From NCBI GenBank assembly GCA_945889495.1, contig CAMDBU010000003.1, forward strand, positions 6,665 through 70,664: a DNA stretch of 64,000 nt. Reading direction: 5' to 3'. The position numbers and the translations under genes were made by a program. How positions within the stretch are numbered: position 1 is the stretch's first letter; each line of letters opens with the position of its first letter. Source of the DNA: Syntrophobacter sp. SbD2 (GTDB taxonomy: Bacteria > Desulfobacterota > Binatia > UBA9968). Shown here piece by piece: positions 50,841 to 61,171 of this stretch. The notes under the pieces were generated by a model. The model made no database searches, had not been told where the DNA came from, and saw nothing but the letters and a program-made list of their open reading frames with translations.

Positions 50841-50900
50841 GGGTCTAGCGTCTCGGGTCTGGAGTTCCGAACTCCAAACGCTAGACCCCAGACGCTAGAC
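50841..50900. terminator. compound inverted repeat between convergent genes
   Basis: gtctagcgtc (50843-50852) pairs perfectly with gacgctagac (50891-50900); gggtctag pairs with ctagaccc; inner palindrome ggagttccgaactcc. Confidence 0.55.
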
Positions 50901-50910
50901 AGTCCCATGA

Positions 50911-52509
50911 TTACGACTTCTTCCTCTGCCCGGTCTGCTTCTTACCAGTCTCAAAATAATCGCCCTTGACCGCCAGATCTGCTTCCTCTTCGTCCTGCTT
51001 GGTCCAGGCGCCCAGGCTGTAGCCGAACCAGGGCATGCGCGGTTTGAGCGGCGGCAGCTCGAGCTCTTCCCAAATCTGTTTGGAGCGCTCCATGAATTCT
51101 TTTTTCGGCAAGGACACCGGCGTGTAGGGCCAGGGGCGGATAGCGTTGATCAGCAGGGCCGAAGTTGACGACGCGCGCCGGTCCTCATGTTCCGAGCCGG
51201 GTGGGTATGTCGACGGATCGAGGCCGGGCATTTTACCTTTGGAGATCTCGACATCCTCGCCCGGGCGCATGTTGTAGCACAGCGCCCAATTGATCATCGC
51301 CGGGTCTTGAATGTCGATGTCTTCATCCACGGCGATACAGACTTTGGCGTAGCTGCCGTTGAAGCCGGCGGTGGCGTGGAGCGCGCGCCAGGCCTCAGCT
51401 TTAGTCGCGTTGCGCATCTTGATCACGCAGAAAGCCTGGCCGCTGCCGCTCACTTCGTCATGCAGCGCGACGTCGATGACCGCTGAGTTGCCGCTGTCTT
51501 GGCGCAAGAGTTTGTAAATAATTTTCTCGGTTCCCGTATGCTTGATCTTGCTCGATTCGCTGGGCGGAAACTGGCTCATCAGCGCGGTGTAAATCGCGCC
51601 CTGCCGGTGGGTGATGCAGGTGACTTCGAGGAATGGCGATTCGGTGCGATGGCCCATGTAGCCGGGATACTCGCCGAAGGGCCCTTCGGGCTCGACGATG
51701 TCGGTGGGAATGGTCCCTTCGATGATGATTTCCGCGGTGGCCGGCACGAGCAAGTCCACCGTCTTCGCTTGGACGACTTCCACCGGCGCGCCGGCCAAGC
51801 CGCCGGCTAGACGATATTCGTCGAAATCGTAGGGAATTTTCGCCGTAGCGGAATAAGCGATGCTCGGCACCACGCCGATGGCGATGCAGGCTTCCAAGCG
51901 CTGCCCTTTGGCTTTGGCCTTGCGCCAATGCTGTCCCATATGTTGCGAGGTAAATAGACCGCCGGTGCGGTTGGCCGATTTGATCTGGCTGCGGTAGTTG
52001 CCGATGTTGTAAATGCCGGTCTCGGGATCCTTGGTGATCCAGTTGGCCGAGGTTAAATACGGTGCGTTGTCGAATCCCGGCGTCGAGATCGGCACCGGGA
52101 TCATGTCGAGGCCGTGGCCATTGAGAATATCTTGGCCCTGCCAGACGATCTCATGGACAGGCGCCGAAGTTACTTTTATCGGGTCGAAAGGGTTTAACTG
52201 CGCTTGGCTCCAACGCTCGGCGATTTGCTCGGGCTCGCACATCATGCCGATGGCGTAGATTTCCGTAGTCGCGGCTAGGGTGCCGACGGTTACCGGCATC
52301 GAATAGCGTTTGCCCTTGGAGTCGATGACGTTCTCGAACATGAACGCTTTCCGGTCGCGTTCTTCCAGGCCGCGAAACTGCCAGCGCACCAGCGGCATCA
52401 GCTCGGTGTCTTTGTTGATTTCCCGGGTGATGCGAATCAGTTTGCCGCGCTCTTCAAGCGCCTTTAAATGCTCACGAAAGTCACGATAATATTTCACGCT
52501 GTTGGCCAT
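50911..52509 (-). CDS. UbiD-family (prFMN-dependent) decarboxylase
   Basis: …EGPFGEYPGYMG… UbiD signature; start taken at MANSVKYY (GGGAGA RBS upstream). Confidence 0.85.
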   Translation of the reverse strand: MANSVKYYRDFREHLKALEERGKLIRITREINKDTELMPLVRWQFRGLEERDRKAFMFENVIDSKGKRYSMPVTVGTLAATTEIYAIGMMCEPEQIAERWSQAQLNPFDPIKVTSAPVHEIVWQGQDILNGHGLDMIPVPISTPGFDNAPYLTSANWITKDPETGIYNIGNYRSQIKSANRTGGLFTSQHMGQHWRKAKAKGQRLEACIAIGVVPSIAYSATAKIPYDFDEYRLAGGLAGAPVEVVQAKTVDLLVPATAEIIIEGTIPTDIVEPEGPFGEYPGYMGHRTESPFLEVTCITHRQGAIYTALMSQFPPSESSKIKHTGTEKIIYKLLRQDSGNSAVIDVALHDEVSGSGQAFCVIKMRNATKAEAWRALHATAGFNGSYAKVCIAVDEDIDIQDPAMINWALCYNMRPGEDVEISKGKMPGLDPSTYPPGSEHEDRRASSTSALLINAIRPWPYTPVSLPKKEFMERSKQIWEELELPPLKPRMPWFGYSLGAWTKQDEEEADLAVKGDYFETGKKQTGQRKKS

Positions 52510-52694
52510 CGGAATCTCCCTGTCCTTGGTACTCCCGTCATCTATTGTCTGGGCCACCGAGGTTGTCAAGCGTTGGCCGGTGAACGCGAGGACGAACCTG
52601 AGGGCTGAACGCAACAAGATATCCTTGTTAGAGCTAGACCGGGTCTGGTACACTAGCGTTTCACTACCGAATTTATCTGAGCAGATTCGTCGCA

Positions 52695-55157
52695 ATGGCC
52701 AACACTCATAGCAAGCCTTCCTCCAGTCTCGGCAATAGTTCGTCAACACCCCGATCCGAGCCGGCGGTCCAGTCGCGTTACCTTTGGATACTCGCAGTGC
52801 TGTTGGTTGGGTTATTTTATTTGATCGATCTGTGGACGCCTGGGCATATCGCGATTCATATCAGTTACGTCGCCGCGCTGGTGTTAGCCGTGGCCCTGCC
52901 TGGAAAAAGGGAGAAAATTGCCGTGGCGGTGGCCTGTACGGTCATGCTGGTGGCGGACGTTTTTTTCGTCCACTCCAACTCGGGCTCGCCAACCTGGGTC
53001 GGATTGGTCAATCAAGGGTTCGCGCTTTTGATGGTCTGGAGCGTGACAACCTTGGGCTTGCGTCATCACGCGGTTGAAGCCCGCCAGCGCGATAGCGAGC
53101 GCGTCGCCAACGAGCGCATGGCGCTGCTCAATACCATCTACTCCTCGGCGCCGGTGGGCTTATGCTTCGTCGATCTCAATTTACGCTATCTATCGATGAA
53201 CGCCGCGTTGGCCGAGATGAACGGCCGGCCGGCGGAATATTATATCGGCAAAACCATCCGCGAAGCGATTCCAGAACTCGCCGATATCATCGAAGTTCAC
53301 TACCGACGGGTGATCGAAAGCGGTCAGCCTATCCTCGATGTGGAAATCAAAGGCGTAATCATGACCCAGCCGGGAGAGCACCGCGCATGGCTGGCAAGTT
53401 ATTTCCCAGTGCATAATCCGGGCGGCCAACTGCTCGGCGTCAACGTCGCGGTGCGCGATATCACCGCGCGCAAGCAGGCTGAAGCCGACACGCTATTTCT
53501 CCTCGATCTCGCCGAATGTATCCGTTTCGCCGCCAATGCCGATGAATTGGCCTGGGCGGTCGCGGTGGCTTTGGGCGAGCATGCCAAAGTCAAGCGTTGC
53601 GCGTTTATTGAGATCGATACGGCAAGCAACCGGTTCACCTTGCAGCGTGATTACCACCCGCATATCCCATCGTTGGTTGGCAGCTACCCACTCGGAATGT
53701 TCGGACCGAGTTTGATCGACACCGGCAGCGCCGGCCAAACCACTACCATTGCCAATGTCACCCTGGACCTACGGACCAGGGACCATATCGAAGCTTACCG
53801 ATCGGTGGGCGTTCAGTCGTTTGTCGCCGCGCCGCTGCTCCGCGACGGCGCGCTGGTTTGCGCCTTGATCATGGCCGACACCGATCCGCGCCAATGGAGC
53901 GAACGGGAAATCTCGCTGATCAATTTGGTGGCTGAGCGCACTTGGCTGGCGGTGGAAAAACTCCGCCTTGACGAGGCCCTGCGCGCCAGCGGCGAGGCGC
54001 TGCGCGAGGCTGACCGGCGCAAGGATGAGTTCTTGGCTACGCTCGCCCATGAGCTACGCAACCCGCTGTCGCTGGTGCGCAACGTCGTCACCTTGCAACA
54101 AAGCTCCCAAAGCCCGCTGCCCGATCCCCACTGGGGCCAGGACATCATCGATCGCCAGGTGAAGTATCTCACCCGCTTGACCGACGATCTATTCGATGTC
54201 AGCCGCATCACCCGGGAAAAATTGGTTCTGCAAAAGGAGCCGCTCAATTTGAGCGAGATCGTCAAGGCGGCGGTGGAATCGAGCCGGCCGCTGATCGACC
54301 AACGGCAGCATGAACTGACCGTCACCATGTCGCAGGATTCGATCTATGTCGACGCCGACCGGCTGCGGTTTACCCAGGTGATCATGAACCTGTTGAACAA
54401 CGCCGCCAAGTACACGCCCGACCCCGGCCATATCTGGCTCAACGTCGAGCAGGCTGGCGACACCGTGGTGATCCGGGTCAAGGATACCGGCGTCGGCATC
54501 GCGGCGGAGAGCTTGCCCCATGTCTTCGAGCTGTTTTACCAAGTTGACCGGTCCTATACGCGCAGCGAAGGCGGTCTCGGTTTGGGCTTGACGCTGGTGC
54601 ACCGGCTGGTGGAATTGCATGGCGGTAAAGTCGAGGTGCGCAGCGAAGGCATGAACCGTGGCAGCGAATTCATCGTCCAATTGCCGGTGACCGCCCAGCG
54701 GCCGGAAAGCGAGAGTTTGGAATCCGATCGAGTCGAAGAACTTCCCTTGCCAGCGCGCTGCCGGCGCATTTTGGTCGCCGATGATTTCCCCCAGTCCGCC
54801 GAGACCCTGGCGCGCCTCTTGGAAAAAGATGGCAACGAGGTGCAGATCGCCGAGGATGGTGTCGCCGCAGTGGAGGCGGCGGCGGAATTTCTCCCGGATA
54901 TCGTTCTCATGGACATCGCCATGCCGCGCCTCGACGGCTATCAAGCGGCCAAACAGATCCGCCAACAGCCCTGGGGCAAACAGATGATTCTCATCGCGCT
55001 CACCGGCTGGGGCCAGCAGCAAGACCGCCGGCGCACCCAGGAAGCCGGCTTCGACGCCCATCTGACCAAACCGGTCAACTACGCCGCGATCATGGATTTG
55101 CTCAGCACTCTGTCAAACGCGCCCACCGTTGCGGCAAGTCATGGCCTACCGCATTGA
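52695..55157 (+). CDS. hybrid sensor histidine kinase (membrane N-domain, PAS, GAF, HisKA, HATPase_c, receiver)
   Basis: HisKA H-box ATLAHELRNPL; HATPase N, G1 and G2 boxes; C-terminal REC with …LVADD…MDIAMP…; 820 aa. Confidence 0.9.
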   Translation: MANTHSKPSSSLGNSSSTPRSEPAVQSRYLWILAVLLVGLFYLIDLWTPGHIAIHISYVAALVLAVALPGKREKIAVAVACTVMLVADVFFVHSNSGSPTWVGLVNQGFALLMVWSVTTLGLRHHAVEARQRDSERVANERMALLNTIYSSAPVGLCFVDLNLRYLSMNAALAEMNGRPAEYYIGKTIREAIPELADIIEVHYRRVIESGQPILDVEIKGVIMTQPGEHRAWLASYFPVHNPGGQLLGVNVAVRDITARKQAEADTLFLLDLAECIRFAANADELAWAVAVALGEHAKVKRCAFIEIDTASNRFTLQRDYHPHIPSLVGSYPLGMFGPSLIDTGSAGQTTTIANVTLDLRTRDHIEAYRSVGVQSFVAAPLLRDGALVCALIMADTDPRQWSEREISLINLVAERTWLAVEKLRLDEALRASGEALREADRRKDEFLATLAHELRNPLSLVRNVVTLQQSSQSPLPDPHWGQDIIDRQVKYLTRLTDDLFDVSRITREKLVLQKEPLNLSEIVKAAVESSRPLIDQRQHELTVTMSQDSIYVDADRLRFTQVIMNLLNNAAKYTPDPGHIWLNVEQAGDTVVIRVKDTGVGIAAESLPHVFELFYQVDRSYTRSEGGLGLGLTLVHRLVELHGGKVEVRSEGMNRGSEFIVQLPVTAQRPESESLESDRVEELPLPARCRRILVADDFPQSAETLARLLEKDGNEVQIAEDGVAAVEAAAEFLPDIVLMDIAMPRLDGYQAAKQIRQQPWGKQMILIALTGWGQQQDRRRTQEAGFDAHLTKPVNYAAIMDLLSTLSNAPTVAASHGLPH

Positions 55158-55269
55158 TCTAGCACTCGTCCGTTGTTGCCAATAGCGGACGAAAAATATA
55201 TCCCATAGCCAGCCTAGCCGCGCCGTTACGTCAAGCGCGCGGCAAAATAATTGCAGCAGTGGAGGGTTC

Positions 55270-56457
55270 GTGGCGACTAGAGTGATCATGCCGGCGTTTG
55301 GCGCAACTCAAACCACCGGAGTTTTGCTCAAATGGTTCAAGCGCGAAGGCGAAACCGTCGCCAAGGGCGAAGCTCTCATGGAAGTGGAAACCGATAAGTC
55401 CACCGTGGAGGTCGCGGCCAATGCGACGGGAGTGCTATTGGGCCGTCGCGCCGCCGAGGGCGATACCATTCCGGTGGGACAGATAATCGCCCTCATCGGT
55501 GCAGCGGGAGAAAAATTGGATGAAACGAGTTGGGGGCCGAATAGAACCGAACCCACAACCGCGAACCCCAGCGTAGCCATGACCGATTCAACAGTTCACC
55601 GACCTGTCGCGCAGCCAGTAAGCGCCAGTCCCGGTCACCCGCTAGCATCGCCGGCGGCGCGCCGCATCGCCCGGCAGAATTCACTGGACATCGGCGCGAT
55701 TCGCGGTAGCGGTCCGGGTGGCGCGGTGCTGACACGGGATTTGCAATCGCCAGGCAACGGGTCATCGGATGGCTCGCTCATGCCGCTCAACGCCATGCGC
55801 CGGATCACCGGCGCGCGTATGAGCGCGAGCAAACAAAGCGCGCCACATTTTTATATTAGTGTAGACATCGACATGAGCGCAGTAACCAAACTCAGAAAGG
55901 CAGCCAAGGAACGCGGCGACGAGGTGGTGCCGTCAATCAACGACTTCATTCTCCAAGCGTGCGCTCGCGCACTTAAAGATTTTCCGTCGATGAATTCGAG
56001 CTTCACCGAGCGCGGCATCCAGCAGCATGCCGATATCAACATCGGTATCGCCGTCGCCCTTGACGAGGGCTTGGTCGTACCAGTGATTCGCAACGCGGAC
56101 CAGCTTGATTTAATGGAACTCGCCAAGCAGAGCCGCGAACTCGCCGACAAGGCGCAAAACAAAAAACTTTCCCCCCTGGACTACGAGGGTGGTACTTTCA
56201 CGATTTCCAATCTCGGCATGCTCGGTGTCGATAGTTTCATCGCGATCATCAATCCGCCGCAGGCGGCGATCCTGGCGGCGGGCCGGGTCGGACCGCGGGT
56301 GATCGCCGAGGACGATGCCATGGCGATCCGCGAAATGATGACCATCACGTTGTCGGCGGATCATCGAGTCGCCGACGGTGCGGTGGGCGCGCGATTCTTG
56401 CAGTCGATCAAGAAATATCTCGAAACCGGCAGCCGGACCGCGGCGGTAGAAGCCTGA
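55270..56457 (+). CDS. 2-oxoacid dehydrogenase E2 component (dihydrolipoamide acyltransferase)
   Basis: lipoyl domain (…EVETDKSTVEV…), E3-binding PSBD (PAARRIARQNSLDIGAIRGSGPGG) and catalytic DHRVADGA; no E1 or E3 gene adjacent. Confidence 0.85.
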   Translation: MATRVIMPAFGATQTTGVLLKWFKREGETVAKGEALMEVETDKSTVEVAANATGVLLGRRAAEGDTIPVGQIIALIGAAGEKLDETSWGPNRTEPTTANPSVAMTDSTVHRPVAQPVSASPGHPLASPAARRIARQNSLDIGAIRGSGPGGAVLTRDLQSPGNGSSDGSLMPLNAMRRITGARMSASKQSAPHFYISVDIDMSAVTKLRKAAKERGDEVVPSINDFILQACARALKDFPSMNSSFTERGIQQHADINIGIAVALDEGLVVPVIRNADQLDLMELAKQSRELADKAQNKKLSPLDYEGGTFTISNLGMLGVDSFIAIINPPQAAILAAGRVGPRVIAEDDAMAIREMMTITLSADHRVADGAVGARFLQSIKKYLETGSRTAAVEA

Positions 56458-56462
56458 CAGCA

Positions 56463-56753
56463 ATGGCTGAAGACGATCCCTCGATTGATGCGGTTGTCGT
56501 CGTGCCCATCGAAGATCATCTCGATCTCCATCCGTTTCAACCCATAGACATCTCCAGCGTGGTCGAAGAATATCTCGATCAATGTAAGTTAGCCGGATTT
56601 CGCCAGGTGCGCTTGATCCACGGCAAGGGCAAAGGCGTGCAGCGCAATATCATTCGCGCGCTGTTGGAGAAGCGCGGCGATGTCGAGTCGTTTCACGACG
56701 CGCCGCTGGAAGCCGGCAGCTGGGGCGCCACCGTGGTGATGCTGAAAAACTAA
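56463..56753 (+). CDS. Smr domain protein
   Basis: …LDLHPFQPID…VRLIHGKGKGVQRNIIRALLEKRGDVESF… Smr (MutS2 C-terminal) nicking-endonuclease fold; starts 6 nt after the E2 stop. Confidence 0.7.
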   Translation: MAEDDPSIDAVVVVPIEDHLDLHPFQPIDISSVVEEYLDQCKLAGFRQVRLIHGKGKGVQRNIIRALLEKRGDVESFHDAPLEAGSWGATVVMLKN

Positions 56754-56759
56754 TATCAG

Positions 56760-59558
56760 TTAAACGCTTGCAGCGGCGTTAAGTACGCCGGCGCAGCGCG
56801 GGCAGGCTGTCGGGTGATTGTGGTCGGCGCCGACTTTGACGTCGTATTTCCAGCAGCGCTCGCACTTCGGCCCGTCGGCCTTGCTCACGGCAACCGACAA
56901 CCCTTCTTGCTGGTTCGCGCCTTGATCCGCCTCGGCCCCAACCTGGGAAACGATCAGCAAATCCGCCAGTCGTTGCGGGTCGCTGGTTAACATGGCGTGC
57001 AGCGCTGAAGGTTTGGTCGCGCCGTTATGGAGCACCACCTTGGCGTCGAGGGGGTGGCCGATGGTCTTGTCGGTGCGCGCCTGTTCGAGGGCTTTCAACA
57101 CCTGGCCGCGCTCGGCGAAAATCCGTTCCCACTTTTCCGTCAGCGCGGCGTCAGCGAATCTAGCATCGGGCTCGGGCAGGGGCGATAGAAATACACTGCT
57201 GGGCCGCTGGGCTTTATCCGGTAAATGCTGCCAGATCTCTTCGGCGGTAAACGACAAGATCGGCGCGGTCAGATGCACCAGCACGTCGAGAATCCGCGCC
57301 ATGGTCGTCTGGGCGGCGCGCCGTTGGTGCGAGTTGGTTGCCTCACAATAGAGCCGGTCTTTGACAATGTCCAAATACTGCGCGCTCAGATCGACGGCGC
57401 AGAAATTATTGACGCTGTGATAGACCACATGGAATTCGCACTTCTCGTAGGCGTCGCGGCAGCGGCCGAGTAAGGCTTCGGTGCGCTGGAGAATCCAGCG
57501 GTCGAGCTCGTCAAGGTCGGCCGCTTCGACGCGGTCCTTGACCGGATCGAAATCGTAAAGATTGCTGATCAAAAAGCGCGCCGTATTGCGTACCCGCCGG
57601 TAGGCTTCGACCAGGCGGTTTAAAATCTCATCCGAGATCCGCACGTCCTCGCGGTAGTCTTCAGCGGAGACCCACAGGCGCAAAATTTCCGCGCCGAATT
57701 TTTTCGCGATGTCCTGGGGCGCGATGGTATTGCCCATGGATTTGGACATTTTCCTGCCCTTGCCATCCAAGGTGAAGCCATGGGTGAGCACGGCGGCGTA
57801 GGGCGCGCGGTCGCGGGTCGCGAGAGAGGTCAATAGCGCGGTGTGAAACCAGCCGCGATGCTGATCGCTGCCTTCCAAATACAAATCGGCGCGACCGCCG
57901 AGCCGCGCGTCCTGCTCGACCACCGAGGCGTAACTGACGCCGGAATCGAACCAGACATCGAGAATGTCCTCTTCGCGGGAGAAATCCTGGCCGCCGCAAT
58001 CGGGACACTTGAGATCGGCGGGCATGAGTTCTTGCACCGGCCGGATATACCAAGCGTCGGAACCTTCCTTTTCGAAGATCGCCGCGACGTGATTGCAGAT
58101 CGCTTGGGTTAGCACCGCGTGATTGCATTTCTTGCAATAGACCGCCGGGATCGGCACGCCCCAGGAACGTTGGCGCGAGATGCACCAGTCGGGCCGCGCT
58201 TCGAGCATGCCGCGAATCCGGTCCCGGCCCCAGGGCGGAATCCATTTGACCTCGTCGATGGCGCGCAGCGCCTGATTGCGCAGGTCATTTTTCTCCATGG
58301 AGATAAACCACTGCTCGGTGGCGCGGAAGATCACCGGCTTTTTGCAGCGCCAGCAGTGCGGATAGCTATGGGATAATTTGTCTTCCTTGAGCAGAGCATT
58401 TTGCTCGACCAATTTTTGCACGATGCGCGGATCGGCGCGGAACACCGACTCGCCTTGCAAGTCGCCCGCTTCGGCGGTGAATTTGCCTTCGGGATCCACC
58501 GGCGCCAGCACCGGCAAGCCGTAGCGCATGCCGACTTCGTAGTCCTCCTGGCCGTGACCAGGCGCGATGTGAACGCAGCCGGTGCCTTGGTCTTGGGTGA
58601 CGTAATCGCCGAGAACGATCTGCGCGTCGCGGTCGAGCCAGGGATGGCGGCAGACGATGGCTTCCAGCTCAGCGCCGGTCCAGCCATCGGGGCCGATCTC
58701 GTAGTCTTTGGCTTCCAGGCCGATCGCTACCATCACCTGTTCGATCAATTCTTGATTGACGATCAAATTGCCATGGGCAGTCTTAACCAGTCGATAAGTG
58801 AACTTCGGGTGAACCGCGATCGCCTGGTTGGCCGGCAAGGTCCAAGGTGTGGTCGTCCAGATGACGAAGAATGTGTTGCCATCTGCTGGTAGTTTGCCCC
58901 GACCGTCGGTGACCGCGAATTTTACATAGACCGAAGTCGAAATATGATCTTCATACTCGACTTCGGCTTCGGCCAACGCCGTCACGCAGGAAGCGCACCA
59001 ATAGACCGGCTTTTTCTTGCGATAAAGTGCGCCCGAGGCAACGAATTTTCCCAACTCGCGCACTTCCTGGGCTTCGTACTGCGGTTCCAAGGTTCGATAG
59101 GGCTTGTCCCAATCGCCGAGCACACCCAACCGCTTGAACTCATCGCGCTGAATCGCGATATATTTTTCCGCGTACTCTTTGCACAGTTTGCGAATCTCGG
59201 CCTTGCTCATGGCCAGTTTCTTCGCCCGGCCGACATTCTTTTCGACTTGCAGCTCGATCGGCAAGCCATGGCAGTCCCAGCCCGGCACATAGGGCGCCGA
59301 GTGGCCGGTCATGGCTTTGTACTTGATGATAATGTCTTTGAGGATCTTATTTAACGCATGGCCGATGTGGATGTTGCCATTCGCATAGGGCGGACCGTCA
59401 TGGAGAATAAACCTGGGCTTGCCCCGGTTGGCTTCAAGGATTTGAAAATAAGCCCGTTCCTGGTCCCATTTCTCGACCTGCTTGGGTTCGTTCTGCGGTA
59501 AATTACCACGCATGGGAAAGTCGGTCTTCGGTAGGTTTAAGGTGTCTTTGTAGTCCAT
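56760..59558 (-). CDS. ileS: isoleucine--tRNA ligase
   Basis: HIGH-class motifs ([13 protein letters not shown]; KMSKS), editing domain, C-terminal Zn finger CERCW…CPRC. Confidence 0.97.
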   Translation of the reverse strand: MDYKDTLNLPKTDFPMRGNLPQNEPKQVEKWDQERAYFQILEANRGKPRFILHDGPPYANGNIHIGHALNKILKDIIIKYKAMTGHSAPYVPGWDCHGLPIELQVEKNVGRAKKLAMSKAEIRKLCKEYAEKYIAIQRDEFKRLGVLGDWDKPYRTLEPQYEAQEVRELGKFVASGALYRKKKPVYWCASCVTALAEAEVEYEDHISTSVYVKFAVTDGRGKLPADGNTFFVIWTTTPWTLPANQAIAVHPKFTYRLVKTAHGNLIVNQELIEQVMVAIGLEAKDYEIGPDGWTGAELEAIVCRHPWLDRDAQIVLGDYVTQDQGTGCVHIAPGHGQEDYEVGMRYGLPVLAPVDPEGKFTAEAGDLQGESVFRADPRIVQKLVEQNALLKEDKLSHSYPHCWRCKKPVIFRATEQWFISMEKNDLRNQALRAIDEVKWIPPWGRDRIRGMLEARPDWCISRQRSWGVPIPAVYCKKCNHAVLTQAICNHVAAIFEKEGSDAWYIRPVQELMPADLKCPDCGGQDFSREEDILDVWFDSGVSYASVVEQDARLGGRADLYLEGSDQHRGWFHTALLTSLATRDRAPYAAVLTHGFTLDGKGRKMSKSMGNTIAPQDIAKKFGAEILRLWVSAEDYREDVRISDEILNRLVEAYRRVRNTARFLISNLYDFDPVKDRVEAADLDELDRWILQRTEALLGRCRDAYEKCEFHVVYHSVNNFCAVDLSAQYLDIVKDRLYCEATNSHQRRAAQTTMARILDVLVHLTAPILSFTAEEIWQHLPDKAQRPSSVFLSPLPEPDARFADAALTEKWERIFAERGQVLKALEQARTDKTIGHPLDAKVVLHNGATKPSALHAMLTSDPQRLADLLIVSQVGAEADQGANQQEGLSVAVSKADGPKCERCWKYDVKVGADHNHPTACPRCAGVLNAAASV

Positions 59559-59571
59559 GGCAATGGCGTAT

Positions 59572-59949
59572 TTATTTCTGATGGTTCAAGCCGCGCGCCA
59601 TGCGGGTGGCGAACATATCGGCTTTGTTTTCCGCGTCGGCCCAGAACACATAGTGACCCATCTCATGGTAGACCAGATTGATCCAGCGCCGGGCGGTGTT
59701 GTACTTGCGGCCCTTTTTCCAATTGTCGGGATGAACCAAGTATATCTGGCCGGTTTCGTAGGTCTTGCCGGCGGTCTTGCCCCAATCGATATATTCAAAC
59801 CACTCGATCTTCGGCTGCTTCAGATGATAAAACCGGCACAGCAAGCTGATCGCTTTTTTGAAGTCCGAAGCTTTGCAGTCGCTAAAAAATGCCGACAGCA
59901 AACGGTCGATGGCCCGCCGTTCCTTTAGCGGAGGTAAAATCATGCGCAT
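59572..59949 (-). CDS. small HExxH-motif protein (putative minimal zinc metallopeptidase)
   Basis: 125 aa; [11 protein letters not shown] motif; ends 13 nt upstream of the ileS start on the same strand. Confidence 0.45.
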   Translation of the reverse strand: MRMILPPLKERRAIDRLLSAFFSDCKASDFKKAISLLCRFYHLKQPKIEWFEYIDWGKTAGKTYETGQIYLVHPDNWKKGRKYNTARRWINLVYHEMGHYVFWADAENKADMFATRMARGLNHQK

Positions 59950-60200
59950 AAATATTGTCCGGCTTCACGGCAGTCGGAAATTATTACCACACCTCCACTC
60001 CAATAGGAATAACCCCGGCTCCAGAGGGCAAATGCGTGGGTTCGGTAAGTAGCTGAACTTATGTTGGTTTCCTGGTAATGGCCGGAGCGCCGCAGGGACC
60101 ACCGGTGGTCGGTTGAGCAGTTGATACGGGAAAAAAAGTAGCGTAGATTGGCGTACTTTATAGCACTGGTGAGCGATGTGGCGCGGTTAGCTCTCGATAA

Positions 60201-61145
60201 TTGATGATCGCCTGGCTGTCGGGAAAACTTGCATACCTAAGTACTTGGTTGGGATTCAAGTTGGGTTGCCTGGCGATCCGGGTCTGGCCAGGTGCGGTTT
60301 TTTTGCTCTCGGATGGGCTAGCCAAGGTCGCATTTTACTTATTTCGCGGCTTTCGCACTCGGTCCGTCGCCAATATTCGCATCGCTTTAGGCGCTGGGCT
60401 GAGTGATGGTGAGATTGACCAGGTCGCGCGCCACTCGTTGCGGAATTTTTTTCGCGCCTGCGTGGAAATCGGCGTTGCGGTGGTAGCATCCTACGCCCAG
60501 CTTAGGGCGGAAATTCCGATTGTCGGTCGCAAGCATCTCGATGCCGCCCTCGCCAAGGGTAAAGGCGTGCTGCTTTTGAGCGCCCACTTGGGCAATTTTT
60601 TTCTGGTCGGTTGCCGGATCGCCATCGACGGCCAACCGGCTTTTGTCTTGGTGAACCAACCCCGCGATGGTCGCTTTGCCGAGCTGATGGATGATTACCG
60701 GCTGCAGGTGCGACAAAAAACCGTTCACGCCCGGCCGCGTTATCAGGCGTTGCGCGAGCTTACTGATTTGCTGCGGCGCAATCAGGTGGCGGTGGTGATC
60801 GCCGACGAATACCGGCGCGGCTCTGGCATTGAAGTGCCGCTGTTTGGTAAGACGGTGATTGCCCGGCGTGGGCCGGTTAGTCTGGCGCTACGCACCGGCG
60901 CCGCGGTGGTGCCGGCTTGCATGGTGCGCCAGGCCGACGATAGTTTGCGCTTGGTGATCGAGCCCGAGTTGGAGCTGGCGCGGGACGAGCGCAACGCCGG
61001 AGCGATCCAGGAGAATACCATTCGTATCACCCGCTGGCTCGAACGCACGGTGCGCAGCTATCCCGAGCAGTGGAACTGGATGAACATCCACTGGTGGGCG
61101 GACGGCACCAGGAGTGAAACCCAGGCGAAACCAGAAATTAACTAG
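60201..61145 (+). CDS. LpxL/HtrB-family lipid A (lysophospholipid) acyltransferase
   Basis: N-terminal TM; HLGNFFL H-box (cf. LpxL HFLTLEL) and the downstream …VIADEYRRGSGIEVPLFGKT… block. Confidence 0.75.
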   Translation: MMIAWLSGKLAYLSTWLGFKLGCLAIRVWPGAVFLLSDGLAKVAFYLFRGFRTRSVANIRIALGAGLSDGEIDQVARHSLRNFFRACVEIGVAVVASYAQLRAEIPIVGRKHLDAALAKGKGVLLLSAHLGNFFLVGCRIAIDGQPAFVLVNQPRDGRFAELMDDYRLQVRQKTVHARPRYQALRELTDLLRRNQVAVVIADEYRRGSGIEVPLFGKTVIARRGPVSLALRTGAAVVPACMVRQADDSLRLVIEPELELARDERNAGAIQENTIRITRWLERTVRSYPEQWNWMNIHWWADGTRSETQAKPEIN

Positions 61146-61171
61146 CCCATCGACGGAAAGGGGATTTAGCG

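Noticed and set aside
59950-60200. Possible tRNA, T-box or other small RNA in the ileS upstream region
   Set aside because: No cloverleaf-compatible segments, no GTTCGAATC-type T-loop, no T-box specifier/antiterminator signature found by eye. Cannot support an RNA gene call.
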